Origin: Narcine bancroftii
Taxonomy: Eukaryota
Direction of reading: 5' to 3'
Length of the DNA: 64,000 bases
Assembly (NCBI RefSeq): GCF_036971445.1
Contig: NC_091471.1
Coordinates: 131,440,001 to 131,504,000, forward strand
The notes below the pieces were generated by a model. The model ran no database searches and was not told the DNA's origin. It saw nothing but the letters and a program-made list of their open reading frames with translations. The translations under genes and the position numbers were made by a program. This document shows, in pieces, positions 35,961 through 49,329 of this stretch. The number at the start of each line of letters is the position of its first letter. Within the stretch, counting starts at the first letter, position 1.

Positions 35961-37173
35961 CTTTAGGGGGAAGGAAGGGGAGGAGTCATAAGCCGGCCAG
36001 TGAGAGCAGGGTTAACCAGGATAGGTCATGTTATTTACATATGACAAATATGTGTGAGGGTAGGGGGTAGGGCCCTGCGGATCAGCCCTGTGTCTCTGCT
36101 CTGGAACCATATCTGTAGTGTAAAAAAACAGTTAAACATTTACAGTTCATCTTGGGTTTCTTTTCCCAAACAAAAAAAGTAGAAACTTTGGAGGACTATG
36201 AAATAATAATAACCATAATTAGAGAAAATCCTTTCTGTCCTAGGTATATTGTGACAAAGTTAAAATTTAAGGTCAGGAAATTCCACAGAAAAACTTTTTC
36301 TCAATCTCAACCAAACTAAGTTAGGGATGCACCTGAATGTTTGGAAATCTCCCAGACTAGGTGGGCATGCTTGTGGGGAATCCTGAGTGCACAACCCATT
36401 ATTTACCATCCATCCATTTCATTAAAGAGAAATTAGATAGCATTAAGTAAGAATTTCTGGCAAATGTTCATGATACAATTGGAATGAATTCGAAGAAAAT
36501 AATCTGTTACCACTTATAATCTTTCCCGAACCAAACTTCCGTACTATTGCACATGGATTTACAGCAACTATAAAATTATGTTTAGAATGTGACTGGTTCA
36601 TTTTGTGTATTGCATTGTGAACTGTTATCTTCTCAATAGGAGTTGACTGTTCCAATCCCATACTTCTGCTCTTTTCCTTTGGGAGTTTGAATGGGCATTG
36701 TGGTATCTGACCTGTGCACGATCCCTTTCTGACACAGATTGATCTCCAATCACTGCTTCCCTTCACCAGATTCTCTCATTTGTGACAGTTTAAGCAATGT
36801 CTTGTTGAATTTTGTTGGTTGAAAAACAATTTGTTTTAACAGTCAAACACTCCAGTAGAAAACTGTCTAAACTGCTCCAATCAGGGAAGATGGTACTAGG
36901 TCTCCTGAGTTGGGGATGGAAGGCACTAATCCTGGGTCAACCTCAGAATACTTGAGTCACTGAATTTACTTTTTACGGATCAAATTTGGCACTCGTTTCC
37001 TAATATATTATTCAGAAATGTGGAAATCTTAAAAGTTGTATGTATGATGAAGTTAGGATTGGTGTAAAACTAACATTTTTTTTGTATTGTCAAGGCTATA
37101 TTCTGGTCTTTTGGTGTTTGAAGAAACTATTCTGTTTTACATTTTGAGAGTCAATTTTGTGTAATTTTTCCAG

Positions 37174-37279
37174 AACCTTCTATAACTGGACTGACAAAGC
37201 TAGCAGACCAGCCTCAGGAAGTCTTATTCAACTTATAACAACGGGAAGCAAAACTGAACTAATTCCTGCTCAGCTCTAA
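37174..37279 (+). CDS. QDPR: QDPR exon 7, last coding exon ((E)TFYNWTDKASRPASGSLIQLITTGSKTELIPAQL*)
   Basis: TTCCAG acceptor, RPxSGSLIQ motif, TAA at 37277-37279. Joined CDS is 723 nt, giving 240 aa plus stop. Confidence 0.95.
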
Positions 37280-38535
37280 GATGGAAATTCCATTTTAACC
37301 ACACTACATGTTGATCTGTTTGTGAAGTGCCATTTTGCATACAAAATAGGAATGAATTTATACCAAAGTCAGTTTGATGGATGGTCAGGAGAGGAATGCT
37401 TGATTGCACCAGTTCCATGTTACTATTTCCTGGCCTCTGTCTATTTGCAGGTTTCTTCAGTCAGTAATTTGATCTCTATTTTCCTTATTTTGTTTTCTTC
37501 CTTTTCTTAATGCTCTGACTTGCTTTATCTCTACTGCACTGTGCTTTCACGGGATGATTTGGAATCATAAAGCAGAGAATGTTAGTTTCTCTTCACTGCT
37601 TTGGATTAGTTTTCCTAATGTTTTGTTTACCGGTAATTGAGGTGAACACGGTAAGGAGAAAAATATTAAGTGATTCAAAACATAAACATCATGTCACAAA
37701 TCAATCTAATTTGATAATGTTTGAGATTGCAATATGAAAATAAATCACTGCTCTGAAAAGATGGTGGTAAACATAAGCATCATATTATTTTTCTGTGTTC
37801 ATTGATTCCTCTGCATTTGTTTTCAACTAAGAGGTGGGGAGAGTAATTTATTGCCATGTATCTATCCCTCTCTGGAGAAGGCTACCAGGAAATATAAGAG
37901 ATGTTGCTGTAAATGCTTTCTAAATGTTTCTTTTTGGGAAAATGTCCCCCTTCCCTCTTCATGCTCCAGATCAGCTGATGTATTTGTGGGGAAAAGTCAA
38001 AGGCTGAATGCATTCTAACAACAATAATCCAAAGACAAATTTATTGTGCAAATATTTAACACTGAGCATCTCTAAAAGCGAAAATAAGTCAACCATTCTC
38101 ACTTTGAATGGATTTACAATCTAATTCATGTCATTAATACAGTTTCTTTTTACAATTTCTTGTGTTCTAATTTTGATTCCTAATACTGTGGTACTATGGG
38201 TGCTTCTAAATATAATGCAGTGAAAATGATACACTGAAGAAAAAAATGTGCTGGCTGTCTCTCCAATGCACTCTCAGTCTTAGCGAAGGGTTCCAAAGCA
38301 AAACATTGACCATTCTTTTTGTCCAACTGATGCTTCTCATCCGTTGAGTTTCTCGAGCAGATTGTTTTAAACTGCAGATTCCAGCATCTGCCATCTTTTG
38401 TGTCTCCACTGATATTGCTGCACTTTAACCTATTTTCTACCTTTATTGAATCTTGAATCTTAATGTGAATGTAACGTGTAAGATTGGATGTTAAATCTGT
38501 TGTAACCAGTACTCAAATTTTGTAGATGTGTTGCC

Positions 38536-38573
38536 AATAAAGCAAAGTGAAACAAAGTCTGCAGACCAATAAA
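38536..38573 (+). terminator. Candidate QDPR polyadenylation signals (two AATAAA)
   Basis: CCAATAAAGCAAA occurs twice (AATAAA at 38536 and 38568), followed by T-rich sequence. Other AATAAA hexamers lie earlier in the 3' region, so the site used is uncertain. Confidence 0.4.
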
Positions 38574-39825
38574 GCAAATATGTTTTTATGTTCTAAAGAT
38601 GAACTTAAGCCATCTGTTGATTTGCCCTGCACAGTTTTCAGTCAGTGTCTGTGTGAACAAAGGCAATATCATTTTATGTTTGCCCTTCAGCAAGGGCCAG
38701 ACAATATTGTGACTTTTTTTTTCATTCTTTCCCTTTCCTGGTTCTTGTGTTTTCTTGCCCCATGTCCCTTTCCTCATTTAGAGGATCAGGCTCTTCACCA
38801 GTTTGCAGCCTTTTACCTTCTTATTTTGTCAATGTGCAGGAGAGTACCAGGATTACTGCAATGACAAAATTCAAATTCTATGCCACTTACCTGCTGAGGA
38901 CATCCCATTTTGTGCATTTTCATGGACAGGTGGCTCAAAAACCAGTTCAGGAAGCAAAGATGTACACAGTAATGGCGACCATCAACTGAGTATGAAAAGA
39001 GTTCTTTGATTTCCAACCATTTAGGAGATGAGGCTGGATGGGTAGATGCTGAGAATCTTGGTTAAAGAAGTAGATTTTAAAGATTGCTGTAAAAGGTACA
39101 AGGCTAGAGATGCAAGGCGCTCAAAAGAAGGAATTCCAGAATTGAAGTCAATAGCTAAAGTAAATATGTTGTCTCGCATGATTATAACATGTGGAACCAA
39201 AGGGAAAGAAATGCCCTCCAGTGGTACCTTGTCACTTTCTCAGAGTGTGCTAATGTGCATTACAATTAATAAATCATTGTTTAAATATAATTATAGTTTT
39301 GCAGAAATACGCAACAGCATTTACTGTATCAGTGGTCGGGATCTTGCACTTTGAGGTCGTCACCGTCAGGTAGGGACATAATTTGGGCATGGTCTTCCAT
39401 GTATGTCACATGGGTGCACTTGACTCACTCCATGATTGGAAGGGGCTGCTGCATTATGACAGGCTCAGTGGTCATCTGGTGCTCAGTGGTCATCTGGTGC
39501 TCAGTGGCCATGAGTGCCCAGTAGCACAACAGCTGTCTTTTGAAAGGTGTATCGGATTGAAGCCTTGGGGGAGTTTAGACCAAAACCCCAGATGGACCTG
39601 GCAACCCTGTGGCATGTGCCACAGGCACCACTCGGCCTCTCTGGAGGCAGCAGAAACCTGCAACTCTAAAGTCACCCCATTTTGGATGCTAACTGCCTGC
39701 GTTGCCACATCAACGACGAACTACTGGTCAGGATCTCAGTGAAACACAACTTTCTCCCGTGAAACCTTGTTCAGGAGACACAGGATCAAGGTCTGATCTG
39801 GGATATGCCGCTGCCAATATCCTAG

Positions 39826-40710
39826 TGTTATGGATTGGGTTAATAAAATTATGACAAAATGTCTTTTAAAGGTTATAGATTGTGGGAGTTTAGGTACACT
39901 TCACAAACAGACATTAACATTTCACAAAATACATCTCATTTAAAATGCAAGAGCTATGCCTAAGGTGGAGCCTACAAGTCTACAGTGCCTTTCCAGAGAC
40001 AATGGAAGAGCATTTGTGCCAGTTTTACAAGTAGGTGTTAATGGATCATCACATTTACACAGGGCCCTGCCTCAAGAATTGAAAATCTTGTGCTGTTAAG
40101 ACTGGGCCGGAACTTTAACATGCTGGTTGAAGGTTGTTATTCTAAGGGGAGTCATGTGGTTTTGCAAACAGAGGGGGGGGGGGGGGGGGGAAACGGATGT
40201 GCTTCTTTGGAGGGAAAGAGAGACAGACAGTTGGGGTTACAGCAAGAGTTGGTGTTAGAAGCTGCAAGCTTTGCACTCCTGCAATAAGTCCCCATTAGAA
40301 GATGGGTTTTGAGTTCCCAGTTCAGCCTTATCTCAACTCTTGTAGTCAATTACAAGAGGAAGTGCCTGGTTATTGTGTATCTCCTGGAAAAGGGGAAAAA
40401 GAAGAATTCTGTAGTAACCTGAAAGAAGAAGTTATCTTTTTGGAAAACCCAAGAGGTGACGAGTTTCTTTGGCAAGACACTAAAGTGACTGATTGAAGGA
40501 GATCAATTTGTGTGTGTGTCCAACGAACAACAAAAATATCTCTCTGAAACCAACAAGAACCTTCCTTTGCGATAACAATTTAAGTTAAAGCACCAGAGAC
40601 TGGTGAAGATTATAATGTTAAATTCTGCTCACAGTATGAGAATTTCCTGATACCAGTGAACTTGGAGAAAGGATAAGTGAATGATTAGACAGTGAAACAG
40701 AACTTTCTTG
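39826..40710 (+). mobile_element. Gypsy-like LTR, 3'-truncated, related to the solo LTR at 53615
   Basis: Starts TGTTAT and shares TAACCTGAAAGAA, AAGAACCTTCCT, ATGTTAAATTCTG and CCAGTGAACTTGGA with 54119-54360. It is cut by CR1 sequence. Confidence 0.7.
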
Positions 40711-42307
40711 AACACTGGAGTTGTGCGTGGCCTCACTTTGGTGCATCAGGGATGTTGAAATGGTGGATAGCACATTTAGTGGTCACACCACAGTTTCAGA
40801 GGGTAGATAAGGATAGGGACTGGGTAACCAACAGTAAGAGAAGTAACAGGAAGGTAGTGCAGGAATCTCCTGTGGTCATCACTCTCCACTACAGATATGC
40901 CACTTTGGATATTGTTGGGAGAGATGACCAACCAGTAGCCGAGATCATTGCACTATGAGTGGCTCTGCTGTGCAAGAGGGCAGGAAAAAGATTGGGAGGG
41001 CCATGCTCCTTTGTAAGGGGAATAGACAGGAGTTTCTGTGGCCACAAACGGGACTCCCGGATGGTGTGATGTCTTGGAGTGGCTGCAGGACATTCTGAAA
41101 GGGGAGGGTGAACAGCCAGCTGTCATGGTCCATACTGGTATCAATGATATAGGAAGAAAATGGGATGAGGACCTACAAGATTAATTTAGAGAGCTAGGAG
41201 ATAAGGAGTAGGACCTCAAGGGTAATAATCTGTGGATTATTACCAGTGCCACAAGCTAGCCAGAGTAGAAATAACAGGATAGTTAGAATGAATATGTGGC
41301 TTGAACAGTGATGTAGGAGGGAAGGTTTCAGATTCTTGGGACATTGGAATTGGTTGTGGGCCAGATGCGACTGGTACAATCAGGACGGTCTACACCTGGG
41401 CAGAGCCGGGACCAATGTCCTTGGGAGTTTGTTTGCTAGCGCTGTTGGGGAAGATTTAAACTAATGTGGCGGGGGGGGGGGGGGCGGTGGGGGTGGTGGG
41501 AACAAGTGCACAGAGGCAGAATGGTGTAATATGAAGGTAGAAGCATAAGGTAGCAAGGTGAAAAGCAAAAGTGGCAGGCAGGTAAAACCAGGTCAAAAAT
41601 CAAAAAGAGCCACTTTTCAACATAATGGTAAAAGGGATAAGACTGTGACAAAAGCAAGCCTGAAGGCCTTGCCCCACAATGCAAGGAGTATTTGTAATAA
41701 GGCGGATGAATTGAATGTGGGGATAGGAATTAATGACTATAAAATAGTCGGGATCAGAGAGACATGGCTTTAAGGGGACCGTGACTGGGAGCTCAACATT
41801 CAGGGATATTCAATAGTTCAGAGGGATAGATGGAAAGGAAAAGGAGGTGGGGTAGCATTGTTAGTTAGAGAGGAAGTGAATGCAATAGAAAGGAAGGACA
41901 TTAGCTTGGAGGATGTGGAATCAATATGGTTAGAGCTGCGAAACACTAGGGAGCAGAAGACACTAGTGGGAGTTGTGTACAGGCTACGCAACAGAAGCAT
42001 TGAGGTTAGGGATGACATTGAACAGGAAATTGGTAATGTGGGCAACAAAGGTACAGCAGTTATAATGGTTGACTTTAATCTACATGTAGATCGGGTGAAC
42101 CAAATTGGTAAGGAGGAAGAGGAGTTCTTAGAATATATGCAAGATTGTTTTCTAAATCAGCATGTCGAGGAACCAATGAGGGAACAGGTCATTGTAGGCT
42201 GGGTATTGAGTAATGGGGAGGGGTTAATTAACAATCTTGTTGTGAGGAACCCTTGGGCAAGAGTGACCACAATATGGTGGAATTCTTCATTCAGATGGAC
42301 AGTGACA

Positions 42308-45191
42308 TATTGATCAAACAGGTTTTATTAAGAATAGAAATGCATCAGACAATATATTTCGATTAATTACTTTAGTCAACGCATATCAAAAGCAACCTAA
42401 CCATCATATGGCGATTGCATTATATGCAGAAAAAGCTTTTGATAGGGTTGAGTGGGATTTTTTATTTAAAGTGTTAGAGAAATTTATATTCAGCCCTCCT
42501 TTTATTGGTTGAGTTAAGGCTTTATATACGAACCCGATTGCTAGGTGGTGACAAATGGACAGATTTCTTTACCATTAAAATTGACTTGTTCAACTCGACA
42601 GGGCTGCCTGTTGTCACCAGCCTTATTTGCATTGGTTATTGAAGCGTTAGCTCAGGCTATTAGACAAAATGAAGAAGTAGAGGGATGAGGGTTAAGAATG
42701 AAGAATATAAAATTAACTTATTTGCAGATGATGTGTTGGTATATTTGATGGAACCGGAATGGACGTTGAAACAATTGCAAGAGTGTTTGCTGAAATTTGG
42801 AGAATTATCGGGATATCAAGTTAATTGGGATAAAAGTGAAATTTTACCATTTGGAGTGGGAGATTATTCTGAATTTAAAACTATTACAAAATTAAGGTGG
42901 ACAAGTAAAATTAAATATTTAGATGTGTTTATGGATATGAATTATCAATCATTATATCAATTAAATCATGTACCTATATTAAGATGGATTAAAGCAGATT
43001 TGATTAAGTGGAAAGATCTTCCATTAACTTTGATTGGTCGGGTTAATTGTATTAAAATGAATATTTTTCCTCGAATTCAATATTTATTTCAGTCATTACC
43101 TTGTTTACTTTCTAAGGGCTTTTTTCAAGATTTGAATAAAGCAGTGCAAGAGTTTTTATGGAAAGGTAAATTAGCTCGAGTGGTATTGCATAGACTTACA
43201 TGGAAGTATACATTGGGCGGACTACAATTACCACATTTTCAAAATTATTATGAAACTGCCCTGTAATGGAAGATTTAAACTGTGTTTCTTACTTTTGCAG
43301 CCTTTGCTTCTGCAAGGCTGAGAACCTGCTTGTTGGATATGAATTAGTAGACACCTAAATTCCACCATGGGGCCCAGGGATGCAGTTGTCTTTTGTTGGT
43401 CGCAGACTGTCAGGAGACCTTGAAGATAATGAAATCATTTGTTAAAAGAGATAAGATCTGAAGTAAACAACTTTTGGGTAATATAAGCCATGGTCCCACT
43501 GCTGAAGTTTGAGACTCTCCAAGAGATGGCAACATCTCTCAGCAAGAAGAAGAACTTCAAGATTCCAACCAATGTCCTGGTCCGGGGAGGTGGAGAAGCT
43601 GCTACCGGCGCCCAGACAACCTACTACAAGTGTGCAGTCGTCACCTCGCTTTGGCAGTTGTGACCAGTCCAGGCATTGATAATTATAATTGGGAAGGGCT
43701 TGCATATTGTAGTGTGAATTCAGCTTGCTATTTAGTATTAAAGACTTGTATAAACTGAACTGCTCTCGGTGTGTGTGTGTCTATTTTCTTTCGGTAGCTC
43801 AATCACTGTGACCAATCTAAAATGAACAAAATGAGAGGTATAAGTTTACCCAAGACAATTGGCACAGCGGCCCAGTTGAAGTTTATTAGTAGATTGATGG
43901 ATTTAGATCAGCCTCCCTGCTGGGCTAAAGTGGAGATGGCGTGTATTTCTAGGGTTGAAATACCTGAATTTATATTTCGTTGGAATTTTATTTTTTTACA
44001 GCAATATGATATGCTGATATTGAAGCATTTGTTAAAGATTTGGTTAAAAAAAATAGGGTGTTAGGGTCAAAAGATAAATTATCAATTTTAACTCCATTGT
44101 ATAATAAATAATCAGCTTATTTCCTTTTCAATGTTTAATAATTATTTTAAGATTTGGGATTCTAAAGGTATAAAGACAATATAAGATTTTTTTGTAGAGG
44201 GGAAATTTCTTTCTTTTAATTAATTGAGAGAAATATTTGATATACCTGTAAATTCTTTGTTTGTGTATTATCAACACAGCTTTGATAAAAAGATAATTAT
44301 GGTAGAGAGATTATTTTACCTACTTTGTTGAGATTTGAATCTTTGATTTCCTATATACTGAAATATAAGGATTATATTTCAGTTATGTATAATTTGTTAC
44401 AAGATAATATGGGTAAGACAGATTGGGAGAAATCTAAACTTAAATGGGAGAGTGATTTAGTATTTATTTTTCCCGAAGATGATTGGGCGAATATGTGTCA
44501 GGACAATTTAATTAAATTGACTAATGTAAGATATGGAATGGTTAATTGTAATTTTTTACATCAATTATATTTGACCCTGGAAATGTTTTAAAAAATATGG
44601 GTTTAGTAACTCAGATTCTTGTTTTAGATGTGGCTCATGTATTGGAACTTTTCTACATGCTGTTTGGACTTGTGTTGAAGTTCAATCATTTTGGCAAGGA
44701 ATTAGTTTTGGAGAAATTATATAATTTTATATTACCATTAGATCCAACGATTTTTTTGTTGGGAAATTTGTATTTGTTAAGGGGAATGAGATTGGATAAA
44801 ATTCAAATTGCTTTTGTACGTTTGGTGTTATCAGTAGCGCGTAAATGTGTTGCTAGTACTTGGAAAGATGATACTGAGATTAATATCACATTGGCATAAT
44901 GAATTGAAAGCATGTATTGTTATGGAAAAAATTACCTATAATTTATATGATAATTCTTCTTTTGTTAGTAAGTGGTCTCCATATTTGAAATATATGCATT
45001 TAGATATACTTTGAAATGTTATTAACATTTATAATATTTTCTTTTTATGTATATAATCTATTTTTTTTTGCTCCCCTTAAGGGAGTTGGCTGTATGGATG
45101 GGAGAGTGGGATGGATGTTAATGTAAAATCTTTTTTTTTTATTATTTCTATACTGTATGTTATGTTTTTATAAATAAAGTTTGAAAAAAAA
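42308..45191 (+). mobile_element. L1-clade LINE, 5'-truncated and AT-rich, with poly(A) tail and 15-bp TSD
   Basis: Motifs AEKAFDRVEW, RQGC.LSPALF, NLFADD and LPLTLIGRVNCIKMNIFPR. AATAAA is followed by an A-tail. TSD AGATGGACAGTGACA at 42293-42307 and 45192-45206. Confidence 0.93.
43262..43869 (+). mobile_element. LTR (TG...CA, 43262-43857) plus PBS remnant, inserted in L1
   Basis: Interrupts the L1 frame YYETA|QLKFISRL. GCCC is duplicated at 43258-43261 and 43870-43873. TGGCACAGCG follows the CA terminus. Confidence 0.8.
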
Positions 45192-47164
45192 AGATGGACA
45201 GTGACAGAGTTGATTCAAATACAAAGGTTCTGAACTTAAAGAAGGGTAACTTTGATGATTTGAGATGTGAATTGGCTAAGATAGATTGGCAAAAAATATT
45301 TAAAGGACCAACAGTGGAAATGCAATGGCAATCATTTAAAGATAGCTTGGATGAAATGCAACAATTGTACATCCCACTTTGGAGAAAGAATAAATCAAGG
45401 AAGATTGTGCATCTGTGGCTAACAAGGGAAATCAAGGAGAGTATCAAATACAAAGAAGCAGCATGTATATTAGCCAGAAAAAAAACAGTATTCCTGATGA
45501 TTGGGAGAAATTCAGAGTTCAACAGAGGAAGACAAAATGATTAATTAGGAGAGGTAAAAGGTATTATGAGAGAAAGCTGGCAGGGAACATAAGAAATGAC
45601 TGTAGAGGTTTTATAGATATGTAAAGAGAAAGAGGTTAGTTAAAACAAATGTGGGTCCATTACAGACAGAAACAGAGTGAATGGATCATGGGGAACAAGG
45701 ACATGGTAAACCAATTGAATAACTACTTTAGTTCTGACTCCACTAAGGAAAACATAAATAATCTTCAGGAAATAGTAGGGGACTGAGGATCTAATGTGAG
45801 GGAAGGACTGAAGGAAATAACTGTAAATTGAGAGGTTGTGTTAGATAAATTGAAGGGAATTAAAGGCAGATAAATCCCCTGGGCCAGATAGGTTGCATCT
45901 GAGAGTGCTTAAGGAAGTAGCCCAAGAAATAGTGGATGCTTTCAAAACTCTTTAGATTCTGGATTATTTCCTGAGGATTGGGGTGGCAAACGTAACCTCA
46001 CTTTTTAAGAAGGGAGGGATAGAGAAATCGGGAAACTATAGACCAGTTAGTCTGACATCAACAGTGGGGAAAATGCTAGAGTCAGTTATTAAAGAGGCAA
46101 TTGCACCACATTTGGAAAGTAGTGATATCATTGGACAGAGTCAGCATGGTTTTATGAAGGGAAAATCATGTCTGACGAATCTAATAGAATTTTTTGAGGA
46201 TGTAACTAGTAGAGTGGATAAGAGAGAACTAGTGGATGTGGTATATCTAGACTTTCAGAAGGCTTTTGATAAGGTCCCGCATAGGAGATTAGTGTATAAA
46301 TTTAAAGCACACGGAATAGGAGGTATCGTTTTGAAGTGGATAGAAAATTGGTTGACAGATAGGAAGCAAAGTGTAGGTTCTTTTCAGAATGGCAGGCAGT
46401 GACTAGTGGAGTACCGCAAGGCTCAGTGCTGGGACCACAGTTATTTACAATATATATCAATGACTTAGATGAGGGACTAGAAAGCAGCATCTCCAACTTT
46501 GCAGATGACATGAAGCTGGGTGGCAGGGTTAGCTGTACGATGACTTGGACAAATTAAGTGAGTGAGCCAAGGCATGGCAGATGCAATATACTTCAGAATT
46601 GGTTGGTTCTCCAGCACTGTTCATGATCCCCTGTCTAAAGCAGCTCAGGTAGAGGACGAAGAAGAAAGAGAGCAGCTAGACCACATGGTCAGGTCAGTTT
46701 TATACCTGGCACCTAACCCAGGTACTAGTTCATGTGACTCCAGGTGACCAATTGTAAAGTGGTATTGGCAGTGGGTGGGTCTGACATTCATTAACAAGTG
46801 AGGTGGGGGGGGGTGGCAGTGACTTTCAACCTCTTTTCCTGTCCGACCAAAGACGACACTCTATGTCTCTATGTTTCAGCATTACGATCAATAAATTATT
46901 CGTTAAATATAATGATAGTTCTGCGAGCAAATGCAGCAGCGATATTGCAAAAATTTCTTGTAATTACGAAGTGTGGGGGGGTGGAGTGGAATTGGTGGCC
47001 TGGTCACCAGAAGACTTTAATACACATTGAATATAGGGAACTTTTGCATTTGCTTGACAAGAAGCCAAAGAAAATTGTAACCCCTTCACTGACATAATAT
47101 AAATGCAAGAACAAAATAATCATGCAGACCAATCCTGGGCAATTCCATAGACACAACCAATGTA

Positions 47165-47402
47165 CAGTAAAATCCGTGGTATCCGGCACCTACGGGGATT
47201 AATAGATGCCAGATAAGCAAGTTTTCCAGTTGCTTGAGACTGTGTTGTGTATATGGAGAGTTAATAGGAAGGGGCGCAAATTTTAAACTTGCGGTTTTTT
47301 TTTAACCACCATTTATTTTCCACAATTGTTTCTGATGGTTTGCTTGAATTTTCTGGTTGAGATTGCTGGTTGCTTGAATTCCAGGTAACAGGGATTTTAC
47401 TG
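47165..47402. mobile_element. Tc1/mariner-pogo (Tigger-like) MITE, 238 bp
   Basis: TA TSD on both sides. TIRs CAGTAAAATCCGTGGTATCCGG and CCAGGTAACAGGGATTTTACTG. Confidence 0.85.
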
Positions 47403-48044
47403 TACTAAGGAAACCAAATAGTATAAATTGATCACAAAAGATAATCATTGTATAGAGAGAGAGAATTTTGACACAGTAATTCATTGCAATTTGCAAAGGT
47501 TTCACAGTTTGATTTATCCATAGATGGCAACAAGACAGCATTCTATTTGTTTATATTCTACGAGTTGGATATTGTTTTTGTGAAAACAAATTGAGAAGAC
47601 TTTTATTCTGATCTACAGAATATCTAATAATTAATCACTAAGAAGCTACAGATAAAAAAAATTATAGAAACTTGAAAAATAGCAGGTGATGATAAAAAAT
47701 AGTCACAGTCTATGGATAAGACATCAGTTACGATTTCCCATGTTGATTCTCTTCCAGTGTTTATGCTTTTAATGCAAATAAACTATTGTGTGAAAATGTG
47801 TGTACATTATGTAAAGAATGAATATTTATTGCATATACATAGAAACTAATTGTTCTGTCAAAACACTATCCAATGATGCCATGTACCTTACCCTGGATTA
47901 CTAGTATAGCGTGCAGCTTAATAACACATGATTTTTTTATGAAAGACTAAAGGAAAATTAAAACCTTTTGATTTTACTCGTGATATTTCTTCCCAGAACG
48001 AGCTGCTACAAAAGAACATGCAAATATTCTTTTATAGCAGTTCA

Positions 48045-48367
48045 GTGAGATTGTAGGGGGAAAAGTTTAAGGGAAATATGAGGGGGAATTTCTTCACTCA
48101 GAATGTGGTGGGAATGTGGAATGAGCTTCCAGCCGAAGTGGTAGATTTTAATATTTAAGGTAAAGTTGGACAGGTATATGGACAAGAGGGGAGTGGATGG
48201 TTATGGACTGGATGCGGGTCAATGGGACTAGGTGGGAGAAGGTGTTCGGCATGGACTAGAAAGGCCAAACTGCACACTATACTAGTAATCCGGGGTAAGG
48301 TACATGGCATCATTGAATAGTGTTTTGAGAGAACAATTAGTTTCTGTGCTGTAATTGTTATTATGTG
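48045..48367 (+). mobile_element. CR1 3'-end fragment carrying an inverted copy of local flanking DNA
   Basis: Matches the 3' end of the CR1 at 1606-1880 (NFFTQ.VV..WN..., GGACTAGAA, GTGCTGTAATTGTTA). 48270-48348 is the reverse complement of 47838-47916. Confidence 0.85.
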
Positions 48368-49329
48368 GTTAAATATCAGGCTGAAAATATTTGCTGAACT
48401 CAGCTCTCCTTTTCTAGAATACATTGTATGGACTAAAACTGAATGGGTTGTCAGTTAAAATGGTTGATTGATTTGCTGATCCATCTGCTCCAGTGTCCAA
48501 GGAAGATGAACCATCTGCTGGAAAGACATAAAACTTTTCTATTCAGATGTAAATTTGGCACTAATGTAATTATGGGTTTTAACCATAATTTTAACCAAAG
48601 ATTTCAACAAGCTGACTTTGCACTTTGCACTTTGCAGCTGTAGGTTTGGAGCCACTGAGGCAAATAAAGATTGATTATTTATTTTATTTTGGGGTCAGGA
48701 AGAACAGGAGTTCTCTCACTTTCACACTTAGACAGGAACTTAAAAAGGAAAGCCAAGGACAAAACCTAGTGCAGGCATTTGGAATTAGTGCAGATGGCCA
48801 AAGAGGTCATCATGGATATGTTGGGCCAAAGAGTTCATTATTATATTGTACAGTTGTAACTCCTTCATCTCATGTTATTTCATGTAATGTAAAATATTTT
48901 TAAAAGTGTTAAAAATTGTGCTTCTTACTTCCTAATTTGCAGTCTTTGAGGATTCTTTTAAATTGCTGGGTTTTCTAATGTCATAAATTGATGTAGAATA
49001 ATAGTTCGGTACAGACTAAATGGGCCAAAGAGGCTGTTTGTGTGCTGAATATTTCTATGGATACATTTTTTTAAATCTCGGAGGGGTTATGGTTAATCAA
49101 ATGTGTGATAAACTTGAAAAAGCATTGAAATACTGTACCTGCATGAGGTGGACTTGCTTTCAATGAAGAAAAACGGACAAACCACAGGGTTGGAAAACAA
49201 AAGCAAATAAACCCATTGAGAGTTTTAAAGGTATGTAAATAAGAACATAAAGGTGAGAAAAATGCTAAAAACACTACACAGAAGAATGTACACACCATGG
49301 TGATTAAATAAGAGATACATAAGATAAAT

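Larger units (their letters stand above)
40715..46590 (+). mobile_element. Long decayed CR1 LINE (ORF1 esterase-like remnant and ORF2), split by an L1 insertion
   Basis: ORF1-like HTGINDI at about 41130, endonuclease pieces at 41640-42307, resuming at 45207 (TKVLNLKKGNFD) through the RT motifs YRPVSLTS, DFQKAFDKVPH and FADD. Confidence 0.9.

Noticed and set aside
39462-39508. 18-bp tandem repeat GCTCAGTGGTCATCTGGT x~2.5
   Set aside because: Ordinary short slippage duplication with no further structure.
46817-47030. Possible hAT left end CAGTGACTTTCAACCT
   Set aside because: No convincing right TIR or 8-bp TSD could be identified.
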